A stretch of DNA of 64,000 bases from Candidatus Thalassarchaeaceae archaeon (GTDB lineage: Archaea > Thermoplasmatota > Poseidoniia > Poseidoniales > Thalassarchaeaceae). Position 1 is the first letter of the stretch. Each line of letters begins with the position of its first letter. Position numbers and translations under genes: made by a program. Of this stretch, positions 19,175 through 28,761 are shown one piece after another. Where the stretch lies: contig CALSZZ010000002.1 in NCBI GenBank assembly GCA_943841885.1, forward strand, positions 28,262 to 92,261. The letters run 5' to 3'. The notes below the pieces were generated by a model, which did not search any database, was not told the DNA's origin, and saw only the letters and a program-made list of their open reading frames with translations.

Positions 19175-19349
19175 TCCCCTAAAAAAACCTTCTAGAATGG
19201 GAAAATTGGCTATAGGATGGTTTTTGATAATACTGATGCTAAGTTGGGCTTCTCAAATTCTGTATCAATCAGTTTAATTTTTTTATTCTTTTGATTATTA
19301 TTATAAAAATATCAGTAGTTTTAAATTAATTATATTTAACCCAAAATAG

Positions 19350-20054
19350 ATGATTGTATCGCATGAACATAGATTCATCTTTATCAAGACTAGAAAGACT
19401 GCTGGAACAAGTATAGAAATTTCTCTGTCGAAATATTGTGGGCCAAACGATATAATCACGCCTATTGCAGAAGTTGATGAAAAAATTAGAGAAAGTCTAG
19501 GGCATAAGGGACCACAAAATTATAAAATAAATGAAACTAAATTACTGAATAATTTATTTCTAATATTAGGTTTTAAATCAAAAGAACATTATAATCACTC
19601 ACCAGCAAAACTAATTCGTGAAAGAATAGGAATTTCTTATTTTAATAGCTATTTTAAGTTCTGTGTGGTGAGAAATCCATGGGATAGAGTAGTTTCGTTA
19701 TATTATTGGCGACTTAATCGGCCAAATGCCAAACTACCTAAAAACACATCATTAGCAGACTTTATTAAAAAATCTAAGACCAATGAATTAACCGACTCTC
19801 ATATTTATACTATAGATCAAATGTCGGTTATTGATAGGTTCATAAAATATGAAAATTTAAATATGGAATTAAATAAATGTCTTAATGAGATCGGTTTTGA
19901 TGATATAGAATTGCCCAATGCTAAATCAGGTACTCGAAATATAAAATCACATTATTCATTATTGTATGATGATGCATCTATAAGAAAAATTGCAGATATT
20001 TGTTCTTGGGAAATAGAAAAATTTGGCTATGAATTTGATGATAGGCGAGAGTAA
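19350..20054 (+). CDS. Sulfotransferase family protein (PAPS-dependent type, carbohydrate-sulfotransferase-like)
   Basis: The N-terminal FIFIKTRKTAGTSI matches the 5'-phosphosulfate-binding loop (hhh.PKtGGTS). VRNPWDRVVSLYYW matches the 3'-phosphate-binding region (vRnPweRlvS.y). An AT-rich TATA-like ttatattt lies about 20 nt upstream of the ATG. Confidence 0.6.
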   Translation: MIVSHEHRFIFIKTRKTAGTSIEISLSKYCGPNDIITPIAEVDEKIRESLGHKGPQNYKINETKLLNNLFLILGFKSKEHYNHSPAKLIRERIGISYFNSYFKFCVVRNPWDRVVSLYYWRLNRPNAKLPKNTSLADFIKKSKTNELTDSHIYTIDQMSVIDRFIKYENLNMELNKCLNEIGFDDIELPNAKSGTRNIKSHYSLLYDDASIRKIADICSWEIEKFGYEFDDRRE

Positions 20055-20152
20055 TGTCGAAAGAATGTCTTATGCCCACTTACAACGACTTGAACAGGTA
20101 ATGGTGATAACAATCATGTGGTGTCAGTTAACCCGTGAATATTGGAGGCACT

Positions 20153-21505
20153 ATGCGCGGCAGATTATTAGTACAAAATGCGTTTATGGTCCTTCCTAAT
20201 GGGATTGTTGAGGGAGACCTTCGTATTAGTAACGGCTTAATTGAGACTATAGCACCCTTTGGTGGCCTAAAACCAGTTGTTGGAGAGCATGTCATAGATG
20301 CTACGGGTTTGTACATAATTCCGGGCGCAATTGATCCACATGTTCACTTCAGAGATCCTGGTAATCCGGAAAAAGAAGATTTAGAAAGTGGCAGTAGAGC
20401 TGCCGCGGCAGGGGGAATAACTTCATTTTTGGATATGCCAAATACATATCCAAATGCTACTAATCGTTTATCTCTCGAGGCGAAAATATCATCAGCGGCT
20501 AAAAAAGCAGTAACACATCATGGATTTTTTATTGGGGCTACAACAAATAATATTCCTGATTTACAAAGTGTACAGGGGATGGATGGAGTCTGTGGTATTA
20601 AAATATTCATGGGAAGTAGTACAGGAGATTTACTGGTCCATGAACAAAAGCACTTAGAAAATATTTTTTCAAATACAGGAGGAATTATCGCAACACACGC
20701 AGAGGATGAAAAAAGATTACAATCCAGAATCCCCAAATTTAAACATCGTACAGATATTGCTGCCCATGCAGAGTGTAGGGATGTCGAATGTGCCCTAATT
20801 GCTACCAAAAGGGCCGCTGCTCTAGCAAAAGATTACGATCATCGTTTACATATTGTCCATTTGACTAGTGGAAAAGAAGCAGATTGGTTAACTTCTAATA
20901 AAGGGAATTTGATTACTACAGAAGTTTGCACCCAACATCTAACTTTTGATCAAGATGATGTAGAAAAACTAGGAGCCCGCGCTCTGATGAATCCTCCAAT
21001 AAGATATACTGAAGATAAAGAAAAATTGTGGACTAGACTCAAGGATGGAACAATCGATTGTATTGTAACTGACCATGCGCCTCATACTCTGCAATCAAAA
21101 TCAGTTGGATTTCCAAAGGCTCCTGCTGGAATGCCAGGCGTAGAGACATCCCTTCCTCTAATGCTCACTCATGCTAAAAGTGGAAAATGCTCTATTTCTG
21201 ATGTTGTGAAATGGATGTGTTCTGGGCCAGCAAAAGTCTATGGAATAAAAAATAAAGGCTCCCTAATTGAAGGATTTGATGGTGATTTAACTATAGTTGA
21301 TTTGGAAAATTATAAGCCCATTCAAGATTCAGATACATGGACAAGAGTTGGTTGGACTCCCTATGCAGGTATGGAATTAACAGGATGGCCAATTTATACA
21401 ATTGTAGATGGTATTGTAGTCCATAAACGTGAAATTGGTGGATTATTAAGAGGAAAATCTCTATCTCTTCCCGGTAGTACTGGAAGATTGATAAAATTCA
21501 ACTGA
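20153..21505 (+). CDS. pyrC: Dihydroorotase (cyclic amidohydrolase family)
   Basis: GAIDPHVHFRDPG (HxH metal site), FLDMPNT, GIKIFMG, ATHAED and VTDHAPH. The ATG at 20153 is preceded by GGAGG and is preferred over the GTG at 20135. Confidence 0.8.
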   Translation: MRGRLLVQNAFMVLPNGIVEGDLRISNGLIETIAPFGGLKPVVGEHVIDATGLYIIPGAIDPHVHFRDPGNPEKEDLESGSRAAAAGGITSFLDMPNTYPNATNRLSLEAKISSAAKKAVTHHGFFIGATTNNIPDLQSVQGMDGVCGIKIFMGSSTGDLLVHEQKHLENIFSNTGGIIATHAEDEKRLQSRIPKFKHRTDIAAHAECRDVECALIATKRAAALAKDYDHRLHIVHLTSGKEADWLTSNKGNLITTEVCTQHLTFDQDDVEKLGARALMNPPIRYTEDKEKLWTRLKDGTIDCIVTDHAPHTLQSKSVGFPKAPAGMPGVETSLPLMLTHAKSGKCSISDVVKWMCSGPAKVYGIKNKGSLIEGFDGDLTIVDLENYKPIQDSDTWTRVGWTPYAGMELTGWPIYTIVDGIVVHKREIGGLLRGKSLSLPGSTGRLIKFN

Positions 21506-21524
21506 ATCTAATGAGGTTTTGTGT

Positions 21525-22490
21525 ATGGTCTCAACTCAATTCGAAAATTTATCGAATAAACCTTCATTCAATTTGTGGTATCATCCGTTGTACACAGATG
21601 GAATTCATGATGAAGCACGTTTCCCAAAATATCGATATCAAATGGTACTGAAGATGCTCAAACAATCAAAGGAAATTAAAAAAATATCAATCCAAAAACC
21701 TGATCCAATCTCAAGAAAATCATTACTACTTGCTCATGATGAGAATTATGTTGATGCATTCCTCAAAGGAAAATTAAATGAAAAAGAGATGAGAAGAATT
21801 GGCCTTACTCCTTGGACGCCAAAGATGATAGAACGAACACTTTGCTTGACCGGTGGAGCAGTTAAAGCAACAATTCATGCCATAAAGAACGGTGGAATCA
21901 CAGGAAATATGGCAGGTGGAACTCATCATGCTCACAGAGATTTCGGCTCAGGTTACTGTGTGTTCAACGATCTCGCCATCAGCGCTAAGTACGCTCTTGA
22001 AAATCAAGGATTGAATCGCGTAGTAATTCTAGATCTTGATGTACATCAAGGCGATGGAACAGCAACAATACTGGCTAATGATATTCGAACTCGTACTATT
22101 TCAGTACACTGTTCTACGAACTTTCCATTCCGAAAATCCGTTAGTGATTTTGATTTGCCTATCGAGCCAGAATCAGGTGATGATTTGTACCTTGAAAAAG
22201 TTCGTGAGGCTGTCAAATTAAGTCTAGATTTTGAGCCAGATATCGTCCTTTTCCAAGCAGGGGTTGACGGACTCGAGCATGACCATTTGGGAAAGCTCAA
22301 TGTTACTAAAGAAGGAATGAAAATAAGAAATCAGTACGTTTTTGAGAAGATGCTTGATTACAGAATTCCGACAGTCATTTTCATGGGCGGAGGCTATTCT
22401 AAACCAATTAAGCATACGATTGAATCATTTTATGATTTATTCGTTGATGCATCGATTTGGAATGAGCGCTGGTGGAACCAGTCGATGTAA
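21525..22490 (+). CDS. Histone deacetylase / acetoin-utilisation (AcuC) / acetylpolyamine amidohydrolase family protein
   Basis: GGTHHAHRDFGSGYCVFNDLAI, ILDLDVHQGDGT and FMGGGY are HDAC-fold catalytic motifs. The ATG at 21525 is preceded by TGAGGT. Confidence 0.8.
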   Translation: MVSTQFENLSNKPSFNLWYHPLYTDGIHDEARFPKYRYQMVLKMLKQSKEIKKISIQKPDPISRKSLLLAHDENYVDAFLKGKLNEKEMRRIGLTPWTPKMIERTLCLTGGAVKATIHAIKNGGITGNMAGGTHHAHRDFGSGYCVFNDLAISAKYALENQGLNRVVILDLDVHQGDGTATILANDIRTRTISVHCSTNFPFRKSVSDFDLPIEPESGDDLYLEKVREAVKLSLDFEPDIVLFQAGVDGLEHDHLGKLNVTKEGMKIRNQYVFEKMLDYRIPTVIFMGGGYSKPIKHTIESFYDLFVDASIWNERWWNQSM

Positions 22491-22589
22491 TACAAAATAG
22501 TAGTTTAAATGATCCTTCATGTTTTAGTCCCTTAGATACAGGGAGGATTGGAACGCTACTCTCTAACAACCTACTAGCCTTGAGAAATC

Positions 22590-22970
22590 TTAGATTAGAG
22601 CTCCAGCCAAACATAGAATAATCAACAATGGAAATACCACGAGTGGAGCTGTTGGAATTTCTTGAAAATAACCTCGTTGTTTAGAAAATAATAGTGTCCC
22701 TAAAATTAACGTAAATGCAGTAGCCATGGCATAAAGCAAATATTCCGTCGCTTCGCCAGATTCAAGAGTATATCCTAGTATTAAACCCATCAAACCCACA
22801 CCACCGAATCCAGCTCCAACTAACATTCTAAGGGATGCAGAATTATGAACTTCATCAGGATGTATCTCCCCAAATACTTCCTCATTAAATTTAATTGGTA
22901 TCATAATTTTTCTTATAGCAATAAGTAAGATTATTGCAGATGAAGGTATAATTGCATATAGGTCGTTCAT
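22590..22970 (-). CDS. Small integral membrane protein, function unknown
   Basis: Four hydrophobic segments. The ATG at 22970 (MNDLYAII...) is preferred over the TTG at 23030. Confidence 0.45.
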   Translation of the reverse strand: MNDLYAIIPSSAIILLIAIRKIMIPIKFNEEVFGEIHPDEVHNSASLRMLVGAGFGGVGLMGLILGYTLESGEATEYLLYAMATAFTLILGTLLFSKQRGYFQEIPTAPLVVFPLLIILCLAGALI

Positions 22971-23039
22971 ACTCTCTTGGTTAGAAGGGATATGAAACTT
23001 TCTACTGGGTAGCGTGGAGCGGTATCGCAATCAGTCGGT

Positions 23040-23219
23040 ATCTGTGATGCGCATTGGGAGTCAATAGCTTCTCCCTTGCAAGAGATCTCCTGTCAATGCT
23101 CTCGGAGGTGAGGTTTTGATACAGGTTTTGGCTGAGGTTAGGCCAACTGTTGACCAAGGCTTGGTCAATTACTGGCCAAACTTCCCGGTAGTACTGGAAG
23201 ATTATTGAAATTCAACTAA
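23040..23219 (+). pseudogene. Degenerate relic of the 3' end of a dihydroorotase (pyrC) gene
   Basis: 23181-23219 matches pyrC 21467-21505 at 35 of 39 nt (the first 23 are identical) and encodes LPGSTGRLLKFN*, versus LPGSTGRLIKFN* in pyrC. Weaker in-frame similarity continues upstream (GQLLAK versus GGLLRGK), and an in-frame TGA lies at 23150-23152. The upstream part looks visibly GC-richer than its surroundings. The 5' boundary is uncertain. Confidence 0.55.
23141..23177. repeat. Strong inverted repeat / hairpin: GGCCA-ACTG-TTGACCAA-GGC-TTGGTCAA-TTAC-TGGCC
   Basis: Read directly: an 8-bp perfect stem with a 3-nt loop, plus a further 5-bp stem across a 4x4 internal loop. It lies between the stop of the beta-propeller gene and the start of the small membrane protein gene, so it may act as a terminator. 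Confidence 0.6.
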
Positions 23220-23220
23220 T

Positions 23221-25599
23221 TTAAATTTCAGCAGTATCGCCTTCCGATGATTCATATTCTTCTTCCTCATAGTACCACACAGGAGGTTCTTGACCAGGTA
23301 TTGATAACTCTTCAATCAAAGATATCTTAGAAGTATTATGAACAGTAACGCCGAGAGAAGAGAACGCATAAATAAAATCTCCCATAAATATTGAACGACG
23401 AATACTAGTCGAACTGTGATACCACCAATCATTCTCATTATTATTATAGAATTGTGAATGTTCAATTTCTCCGTGATTTGAAAGGCTTAAATTTTCTATA
23501 TCTACATTGATCAATTTGAGCATTGAAATGTATTCATAATTATAATAATTTGATTCATTATAAAAATATCGATATGTAGAGAGTGGTATTGCCAGTAAGT
23601 CTTCAGGAGCCCAATACGTGAATGCTTTGTGTTCATATGTAGCTTCAGACCATGACCATGACCAACCACAATTGCGAATATCTTCACAATTATCATCAGT
23701 ATATGCAGGAGATACTGACATTGAATCAGCTAAAGTAGGATTGGTTGGTTCGCTTACATCAAAGAGAGAAATCTGAGTAGTGGACCAATCCAATCCTAAA
23801 CCATCTTCGCCGGGACCAATCCCAATAGTCAACAATGTATTTTCATTTACTGGATGAATATATGTCGATACTCCGGGAACTTCCAACTCGCCAAGAATAA
23901 TAGGGTCTAATGGATTTGATAGATCAATAACCCAAAGTGGATCAATATTCTCGAATGTTACTAGATATCCTCTATTTCCTATGAATCTAACACTCCAAAT
24001 TGTCTCATTAGGGGCAATATCGTCTACTATTCCAACCTGAATTAAAGAATTGCAAGATGATATTAAACAATCATTTCCTTCATGTTGTAGAATTGTCACT
24101 TGGTTAGAAGGGCCATTGAAAATAGGTTCTCCATTTTCATCCATTTCACTATCTAACCACCATCTTCCCCAAATATCAGAAGTTGAAGCAATTCTTATCG
24201 AACCTTGGAACTCACTCATCGAGAATTGGTCTTGAACAGTACCAGAAACTCTTCCTGATCCTAAATAAGATGTTGCGTCACTGTCCGAAATGTCGAATGC
24301 ATGGATGTTTGTAGCATCTTCAAAATCATTATTTCTCCAAAACCACCACCAATCTGCAACTGGTTCAGCTAACAATAGAGTATTTCCTGATGAATAAACA
24401 TGAGCCCAACGAGAAGTAATATGGTCTATCTCAAACTCTGTCTCTTCACCTAGTAATTTCATGGTCATTATTGTTGTTAGTCCACGTACTGATGAATTCT
24501 GGCTAGCGGAAAATTCGCTACAATCGTCAGAATATGTTGAAATTTTAGAATACATCGAATCAGAATTCAATGTATACATTTGAGGCACAAAGTCTTCAAG
24601 TGTTAATGAATCAATCACTCTTTGATTCTTGGCAATTGTATCACTTAATGATAGATTCCATAAATCCATTCTTTGTTGAGGGTCAAAGATTTCATAATAA
24701 TAGTCAGGAAGATCAACCCATGTCCTAATACCATCAAAATATGTGTATAAATGCGTTATTGAGCGAACTGTTCCATCCACCAATCTTGCCGTATGATAAT
24801 TTCCTTCAATAAATAACTCTTCTTCAATAATAGGATTATTCTTATCAGTGATATCGATAACAGAATACATTACTAGGCTTTCGTATCTCATGTAAGTATA
24901 AGTTTCATACACGCCATCCGAACCGAGGTATGAATAGCTTTCTTCATGCGCCATTAATTCTAACAATGGATGATTTGACTCCAGATTCCAGTGATTAACT
25001 CCGGATACAATTACTACACGATCACCTTCAAGCATCATCTGCATTGGACTACCTAACATAGACAAACTAGATGTTAGGTTAATTTCACCAAATTCTGGAA
25101 CTCCCATAATCAAAAATTTATTCCCATTCAACATATAGATATAATGACCATCAGTTTTTATGAAATCTGCCTCATCGACTCCTGACTCTTGATTATTTGT
25201 GCTAGAATATTCTCCCTCACGATTACTTGAAGATGAATCAGTTGTTGTACTTTCAGAATTTTCAGCCATCCCGTCTCCTTCAGCAAGTCCCACATCATCA
25301 AACATCCAAAGACCCCTAGGGTTGGGAGACCAATGGTAGTAAGATTGCTGATCTAATTGTACCATCATTTCATCATTTACTGATTTTTTTAAATCATCCA
25401 ATAAATTACTACATTCATTATAATTTACTAACTCTGGAGGGCCATAAATTCGTTCTGATAAGGTTATCTGAGGGTATTCTCCATCTATTTGAGTTATTAT
25501 GTCACTAATATCATCATTTATATCTTCGATAACTCCCAAGCATCCAGAGGAAACTAAAGTAAATAAAACAAAAATACTTGTCAATGGTTTTGAATCCAT
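23221..25599 (-). CDS. Secreted beta-propeller domain protein (COG4880 / Beta_propel family)
   Basis: Lipobox-like signal (FVLFTLVSSGCLG). VDEADFIKTDGHYIYML and SVRFIGNRGYLVTFENIDPLWVIDLSNPLDPIILGELEVPGVSTYIHP match the family hallmark blocks. Confidence 0.75.
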   Translation of the reverse strand: MDSKPLTSIFVLFTLVSSGCLGVIEDINDDISDIITQIDGEYPQITLSERIYGPPELVNYNECSNLLDDLKKSVNDEMMVQLDQQSYYHWSPNPRGLWMFDDVGLAEGDGMAENSESTTTDSSSSNREGEYSSTNNQESGVDEADFIKTDGHYIYMLNGNKFLIMGVPEFGEINLTSSLSMLGSPMQMMLEGDRVVIVSGVNHWNLESNHPLLELMAHEESYSYLGSDGVYETYTYMRYESLVMYSVIDITDKNNPIIEEELFIEGNYHTARLVDGTVRSITHLYTYFDGIRTWVDLPDYYYEIFDPQQRMDLWNLSLSDTIAKNQRVIDSLTLEDFVPQMYTLNSDSMYSKISTYSDDCSEFSASQNSSVRGLTTIMTMKLLGEETEFEIDHITSRWAHVYSSGNTLLLAEPVADWWWFWRNNDFEDATNIHAFDISDSDATSYLGSGRVSGTVQDQFSMSEFQGSIRIASTSDIWGRWWLDSEMDENGEPIFNGPSNQVTILQHEGNDCLISSCNSLIQVGIVDDIAPNETIWSVRFIGNRGYLVTFENIDPLWVIDLSNPLDPIILGELEVPGVSTYIHPVNENTLLTIGIGPGEDGLGLDWSTTQISLFDVSEPTNPTLADSMSVSPAYTDDNCEDIRNCGWSWSWSEATYEHKAFTYWAPEDLLAIPLSTYRYFYNESNYYNYEYISMLKLINVDIENLSLSNHGEIEHSQFYNNNENDWWYHSSTSIRRSIFMGDFIYAFSSLGVTVHNTSKISLIEELSIPGQEPPVWYYEEEEYESSEGDTAEI

Positions 25600-25671
25600 A
25601 ATTTTTCGAACTACTTCTTTTTTATGAATTAGTTGGTTTCATGTGTATCACTATTTTGAGTTGAATAAGAG

Positions 25672-25747
25672 TGGTAGTCCCTCCCGGATTCGAACCAGGG
25701 TCGTGGGATCCAGAACCCCACATGATGGACCACTACACTAAGGGACT
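25672..25747 (-). tRNA. tRNA-Gln (anticodon CUG), no intron, genomically encoded CCA
   Basis: I folded the reverse complement AGTCCCTTAGTGTAGTGGTCCATCATGTGGGGTTCTGGATCCCACGACCCTGGTTCGAATCCGGGAGGGACTACCA by hand. It gives a 7-bp acceptor stem (A1-U72), anticodon stem TGGGG/TCCCA with loop TTCTGGA, T-arm CCTGG-TTCGAAT-CCGGG, discriminator A and CCA. The D-stem has one mismatch. Confidence 0.85.
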
Positions 25748-25805
25748 TCAGTTAATCGGAGATGGGGTTTCTATTTCAACAAATCCGAATCTACTATTTC
25801 ATCTA

Positions 25806-26840
25806 TCAAGATCCTCTAAATTTAGCATTAATTTTCACTAGACTTTCTTCACTAGGACGACCTTCTTCTTCATTAAGTTGTGACAAAGGAGTGTCTGTAA
25901 GTCCTAGTGTTTCAGTAGTGGTTGGTATACTTCCATCATAATACAACAATCCTGTCACATGCTTATCATTTTTTTCTGCTTCATGTACCGCAGTAAGAGC
26001 AGAAACCACATTTGTAGTGTCATGATTAGAGCCTATTGTTTCAAGAATTATCTTTGAACCGTCAAATAATTCAATTTCCCTGTAATGTCCCTCTGGTATT
26101 TCTACTTCTTCTATTGGTGAAAAATGAGATATATAATCTACAATATGCAATACTTCATCGTTTTCTTTTACATAGTTGTAGGATCTATATGATTCATCAT
26201 TATTCGCAAAGGTGACGCAGGGGGAAATAACATCAATTATTGCCATCCCTTTGTGACTCATTGCTGCACGTATCAAAGCCGTAAGTTGTTTTTTACTTCC
26301 TGAAAATGAGCGTGCAACAAAACCGCATCCTAGGTTTAACGCCATTGCACAAAGATCAATTGGATTTTGAGAATTTACAGAACCCTTCTTTTTCTTAGAG
26401 CCCTTTTCAACTGTGGCACTGTATTGACCCTTGGTCAATCCATATACACCATTGTTTTCAATGATGTATACCATATCTAGATTTCTGCGTATCGCATGAA
26501 CAAACTGCCCCATTCCAATACTTGCTGTATCTCCATCACCGGAAACAGCAATAAACGCTAAATCTTTATTCACCATATTCGCTCCGGTTGTGACTGATGG
26601 CATTCTACCATGAACCGTGTTAAATCCATGACTTTTTCCCAAAAAGTAAGCGGGAGTTTTTGATGAACAACCTATTCCACTCATTTTTGCTATACCTTCT
26701 GGAGGTAGCCCATTTTCCCAAGCAGCCTGAATGATGACATTAGATATTTGATCGTGTCCGCAGCCCGGGCACAAGGATGATTTACCTCCTTTATACTCAG
26801 ATTTTTCAAGGTCTATTACATTTAGTTTAACAATCGCCAT
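25806..26840 (-). CDS. korB: 2-oxoacid:ferredoxin oxidoreductase, beta (TPP-binding) subunit
   Basis: CPGCGH near the N-terminus and a TPP-binding GDGD motif (VSGDGDTASIGMGQFVHAIRRNLDMVYIIENNGVYGLTKGQ). The start overlaps the korA stop (TAATG). Confidence 0.85.
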   Translation of the reverse strand: MAIVKLNVIDLEKSEYKGGKSSLCPGCGHDQISNVIIQAAWENGLPPEGIAKMSGIGCSSKTPAYFLGKSHGFNTVHGRMPSVTTGANMVNKDLAFIAVSGDGDTASIGMGQFVHAIRRNLDMVYIIENNGVYGLTKGQYSATVEKGSKKKKGSVNSQNPIDLCAMALNLGCGFVARSFSGSKKQLTALIRAAMSHKGMAIIDVISPCVTFANNDESYRSYNYVKENDEVLHIVDYISHFSPIEEVEIPEGHYREIELFDGSKIILETIGSNHDTTNVVSALTAVHEAEKNDKHVTGLLYYDGSIPTTTETLGLTDTPLSQLNEEEGRPSEESLVKINAKFRGS

Positions 26841-28621
26841 TATATCTCCTCCATTACTTTAACAATTTTCTCAGAATAAAGTCTTGCCCTTGGAGGCATT
26901 CCATCACTATATGCTACACTATATATTTTATCAAGAAGTGAAGTAGGTAATTCTTTTCTCAATATTCCAAATAGTTGCCCATCTCTATTCATTTCGAGTA
27001 CAATATTGTGGTCATGCCTAGATATAAACGACTCTACTTCGGAATGATAAGGAAGAGCTCTAACTCTACAAGTACTGACTGAAAGGCCTTTAGATTCTAA
27101 AATATCATCAATTTCTCTGATTGTATTCTCCATTGAACCATAAAAAATTATTCCTAAATCCTTTTTCTCTTCTTCACGAAGTATAGGGCCCGGAAGATCA
27201 TCTCTGGATCCCTCAATTTTCCTTTTTAGTCTCTCCATGGTTTTTTGATAAACTATTGGATCTTCAGAATAAATACCATCTTCATCATGGCCAGTTCCAC
27301 GATATAATATAGGGTCTATTCCACTTCCAGGTAAGGTTCTGTAAGGTATTCCATCTCCATCTACATCACGATACCTGCCATAATTTGGTACTGCATCCAA
27401 TTCTTTTTGATTCCGAATTAACTTTCCTCTATCCATTTTTGTTTCAGGATACATAAAACCTTTAGTGGGCCACCTGTTCATTCCTAAATCTAAGTCACTA
27501 AATCCAAAGACCATGGTCTGATATTTTTCCGCATAATCAAAAGCGCGCCAACCAAATTCAAAACACTCATCTACCGTTCCGGGTATTAGGACAATATGTT
27601 GAGTATCTCCATGACTTGCTTCATATAGCATAGATAAATCACCTTGTTGTGTTCTGGTAGGTAATCCGGTCGAAGGGCCAACTCTATTGACATCCCAAAT
27701 AACTCCTGGAACTTCAGCAAAATATGATAATCCAATAAATTCTGACATTAATGATATCCCCGGGCCACTGGTACATGTCATTCCTCTGCCACCTGCCCAG
27801 CCTGCACCCAAAACCATGCCTGCAGCAGCCAATTCATCTTCTGCTTGAATTACGGCACAAGTTATGCCACCATCTTTTGCGGTACGTAATTCTGGTAACC
27901 ATTTAATGATCCCTTCTGCAACCGAGGAAGAGGGAGTAATAGGATACCAGGATAGCATATGTATTCCTCCATAAATAGAACCAAGCGCAGTAGCCTCATT
28001 TCCTTCTATCAGAAAAGTATCAGGATTTTTTGTTCTAGATTCAGCTTTAAATTCTGTTTCAATATCCCAATTTTCTGCTGCAAATATAATTCCTTCATTT
28101 ATGGCTTGCATATTCATTTCGATGGCTTTTTCTTTACCTTTAAATTGAGATTCAACTGCCTTTGTTATGTCTTCAACATCTATTCCAAGTATATGAGCCA
28201 AAGCACCTACATAATACATATTAGCCATCAACTTAGCCATTTTTGGATTAATCCTTCTTGCCATTTTCGTCATAGGCATTCCAAATGCTAAACAATCTTC
28301 TCTTTCAACAGGAAGCTTGACATCTTCATTGTAGATTATTATCGTGCCTGATTCAAGTGCTGCTACATCTTTTTCCCATGTGTCTTTATTCATTATTATC
28401 TGAATATCTGTTTTATCACCAGGGGCTTGATATCCAGCTTCACTTGCACGTATAATGAACCAAGTAGGGAGGCCTGAAATATTGCTTGGGAATAAATTTT
28501 TACCACTGACTGGAATGCCCATTTCAAACATTGTATGTAGAATAATCAAATTAGAAGATTGCGAACCAGTACCATTAGCAGTAGCAATATTTATCACAAA
28601 ATTATTCACATTTGAATTCAT
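26840..28621 (-). CDS. korA: 2-oxoacid:ferredoxin oxidoreductase, fused gamma-alpha subunit
   Basis: The N-terminal gamma-like domain (IATANGTGSQSSNLIILHTMFEMGIPVSGKNLFPSNISGLPTWF) is followed by an alpha domain (GNEATALGSIYGG...YPITPSS...QAEDELAA). The ATG at 28621 is preferred over the GTG at 28639. Confidence 0.85.
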   Translation of the reverse strand: MNSNVNNFVINIATANGTGSQSSNLIILHTMFEMGIPVSGKNLFPSNISGLPTWFIIRASEAGYQAPGDKTDIQIIMNKDTWEKDVAALESGTIIIYNEDVKLPVEREDCLAFGMPMTKMARRINPKMAKLMANMYYVGALAHILGIDVEDITKAVESQFKGKEKAIEMNMQAINEGIIFAAENWDIETEFKAESRTKNPDTFLIEGNEATALGSIYGGIHMLSWYPITPSSSVAEGIIKWLPELRTAKDGGITCAVIQAEDELAAAGMVLGAGWAGGRGMTCTSGPGISLMSEFIGLSYFAEVPGVIWDVNRVGPSTGLPTRTQQGDLSMLYEASHGDTQHIVLIPGTVDECFEFGWRAFDYAEKYQTMVFGFSDLDLGMNRWPTKGFMYPETKMDRGKLIRNQKELDAVPNYGRYRDVDGDGIPYRTLPGSGIDPILYRGTGHDEDGIYSEDPIVYQKTMERLKRKIEGSRDDLPGPILREEEKKDLGIIFYGSMENTIREIDDILESKGLSVSTCRVRALPYHSEVESFISRHDHNIVLEMNRDGQLFGILRKELPTSLLDKIYSVAYSDGMPPRARLYSEKIVKVMEEI

Positions 28622-28761
28622 CTTTTTTCCTGACTCCACTTCAATGACTGAGTAGGACCTTACTCACTAACTAAGTTGCGGGGAAGTTAAGGCTTTAGCC
28701 ATTACCATTAAGATTTCTTTTTTGCTATTTAATCTGAGTATTGTTTCCGTTGGCATTTTGA

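Noticed and set aside
20071-20205. 44-aa ORF (MSYAHLQRLEQVMVITIMWCQ...) in the spacer upstream of pyrC and overlapping its start; considered as a possible leader peptide
   Set aside because: It has no attenuator-like terminator or antiterminator structure and no enrichment of relevant codons, and it overlaps the pyrC coding region. It is most likely a chance ORF.
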